Assembly (NCBI GenBank): GCA_904063045.1
Contig: CAJFCJ010000002.1
Span: 4,025,891 to 4,089,890 of the forward strand
Direction of reading: 5' to 3'
DNA length: 64,000 nucleotides
From: Dimorphilus gyrociliatus
Lineage: Eukaryota; Animalia; Annelida
Below, one piece after another: positions 63,357-64,000 of this stretch. The translations under genes were made by a program, and so were the position numbers. The notes beneath the pieces were generated by a model, which saw nothing but the letters and a program-made list of their open reading frames with translations, was not told the origin of the DNA and did not search any database. The number at the start of each line of letters is the position of its first letter. Position 1 is the stretch's first letter.

Positions 63357-64000
63357 TAGCACAATACGCATAAATTTTGGAACACCCTAAATTTTGATAG
63401 GCCAAATTTAAAATAACGGTCAAAAATGTTTTTTCCCACGAAAATAGTTTTTTTTGTCTAAATTTATATAGATAAAGAGTAATATTTACGTAATATTGAA
63501 AAAAAAATGGAGAAAATGATGATATTGGGAATATTATTAGCAAAATATTTTTCGTAATTTTCATCAATTTTTTCTTTATTTGGCCACGTTTCATAATTAT
63601 TGGAACAGACACTGGATATCCGGTTTGGCATTAAAAAAAACATTGTAAACTAAAATTTCTTGACTTATTCAATTCTCCAAGTTAAGTTTATCTATTATTG
63701 TCAATTTTAATTGTATTAGTTGATTTTTATTGTATTTATTTAACTATGACGTGGAGTAAAGACATTTGGGATCTTGTACTAATGAAATATAAGGAAATAG
63801 GAAAATTAAGAGCAACAGCAAGGGTTTTGGGGATGGTACCATCATCAGTTAGCAATATTCTACGATACAATCCACTAGAATAGGAGAATAGGGGTCATCC
63901 AAAGAGACTTACAGAGAGAGAGACATTGGCAGGATGAAAAGAATAATAAGGAAATTGAAAATAAATAAGGAAACGGTGATAGCAGGAAAAATTTTACAGG
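63357..64000 (+). mobile_element. Degenerate Tc1/mariner-type DNA transposon, left part; runs off the window
   Basis: A candidate left TIR near 63360 (CACAATACGCATAAATTTTGGAACACCC, after a TA) resembles Tc1 ends and is followed by a transposase-like reading frame. The right end is not visible. Confidence 0.65.
63746..64000 (+). pseudogene. Tc1-like transposase N-terminus (paired-type HTH), disrupted
   Basis: MTWSKDIWDLVLMKYKEIGKLRATARVLGMVPSSVSNILR...*ENRGHPKRLTER. GHPK matches the GRPR linker of Tc1 transposases. There is an in-frame TAG at 63881-63883 and an extra GA in a GA run (~63914-63923) that shifts the frame. Confidence 0.7.

Overview
AT-rich, gene-dense eukaryotic (invertebrate animal) DNA with mostly very short GT-AG introns (about 54-135 nt). 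The overall look suggests a compact spiralian genome such as the meiofaunal annelid Dimorphilus; this is inference, not shown by the sequence. No prokaryotic features, CRISPR arrays, rRNA or tRNA genes were recognised. I built about 20 gene models by hand, joining exons at splice sites and checking the frame. In order: PRPF8 (5' part, runs off the left edge); two tandem nicotinic-receptor-like Cys-loop channel subunits; PIGV; DNAJC19; PHB1; RCC1L; ZNF706; two tandem neuropeptide-type GPCRs; two intronless divergent TRPM-like channels flanking a 930-aa secreted CxxC-repeat protein that ends in a Ly6/three-finger domain and a GPI signal; an orphan GPCR; an astacin-C-type lectin-kringle protease; a rolling stone-like membrane protein; a TTLL3/8 glycylase with a probable short alternative isoform; RhoA; an orphan type II membrane ORF; an intronless clan-2 cytochrome P450; and a decayed Tc1-like transposon running off the right edge. 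Most notable: (1) the CxxC-stalk + Ly6 + GPI protein between two TRPM-like channels; (2) nAChR-like paralogues that lack the ACh-binding loop C but share a new cysteine pair; (3) a probable non-canonical GA-AG intron in PIGV; (4) the astacin-lectin-kringle architecture; (5) head-to-head DNAJC19 and PHB1, whose products are known partners. No database searches were run, so every novelty statement is provisional.
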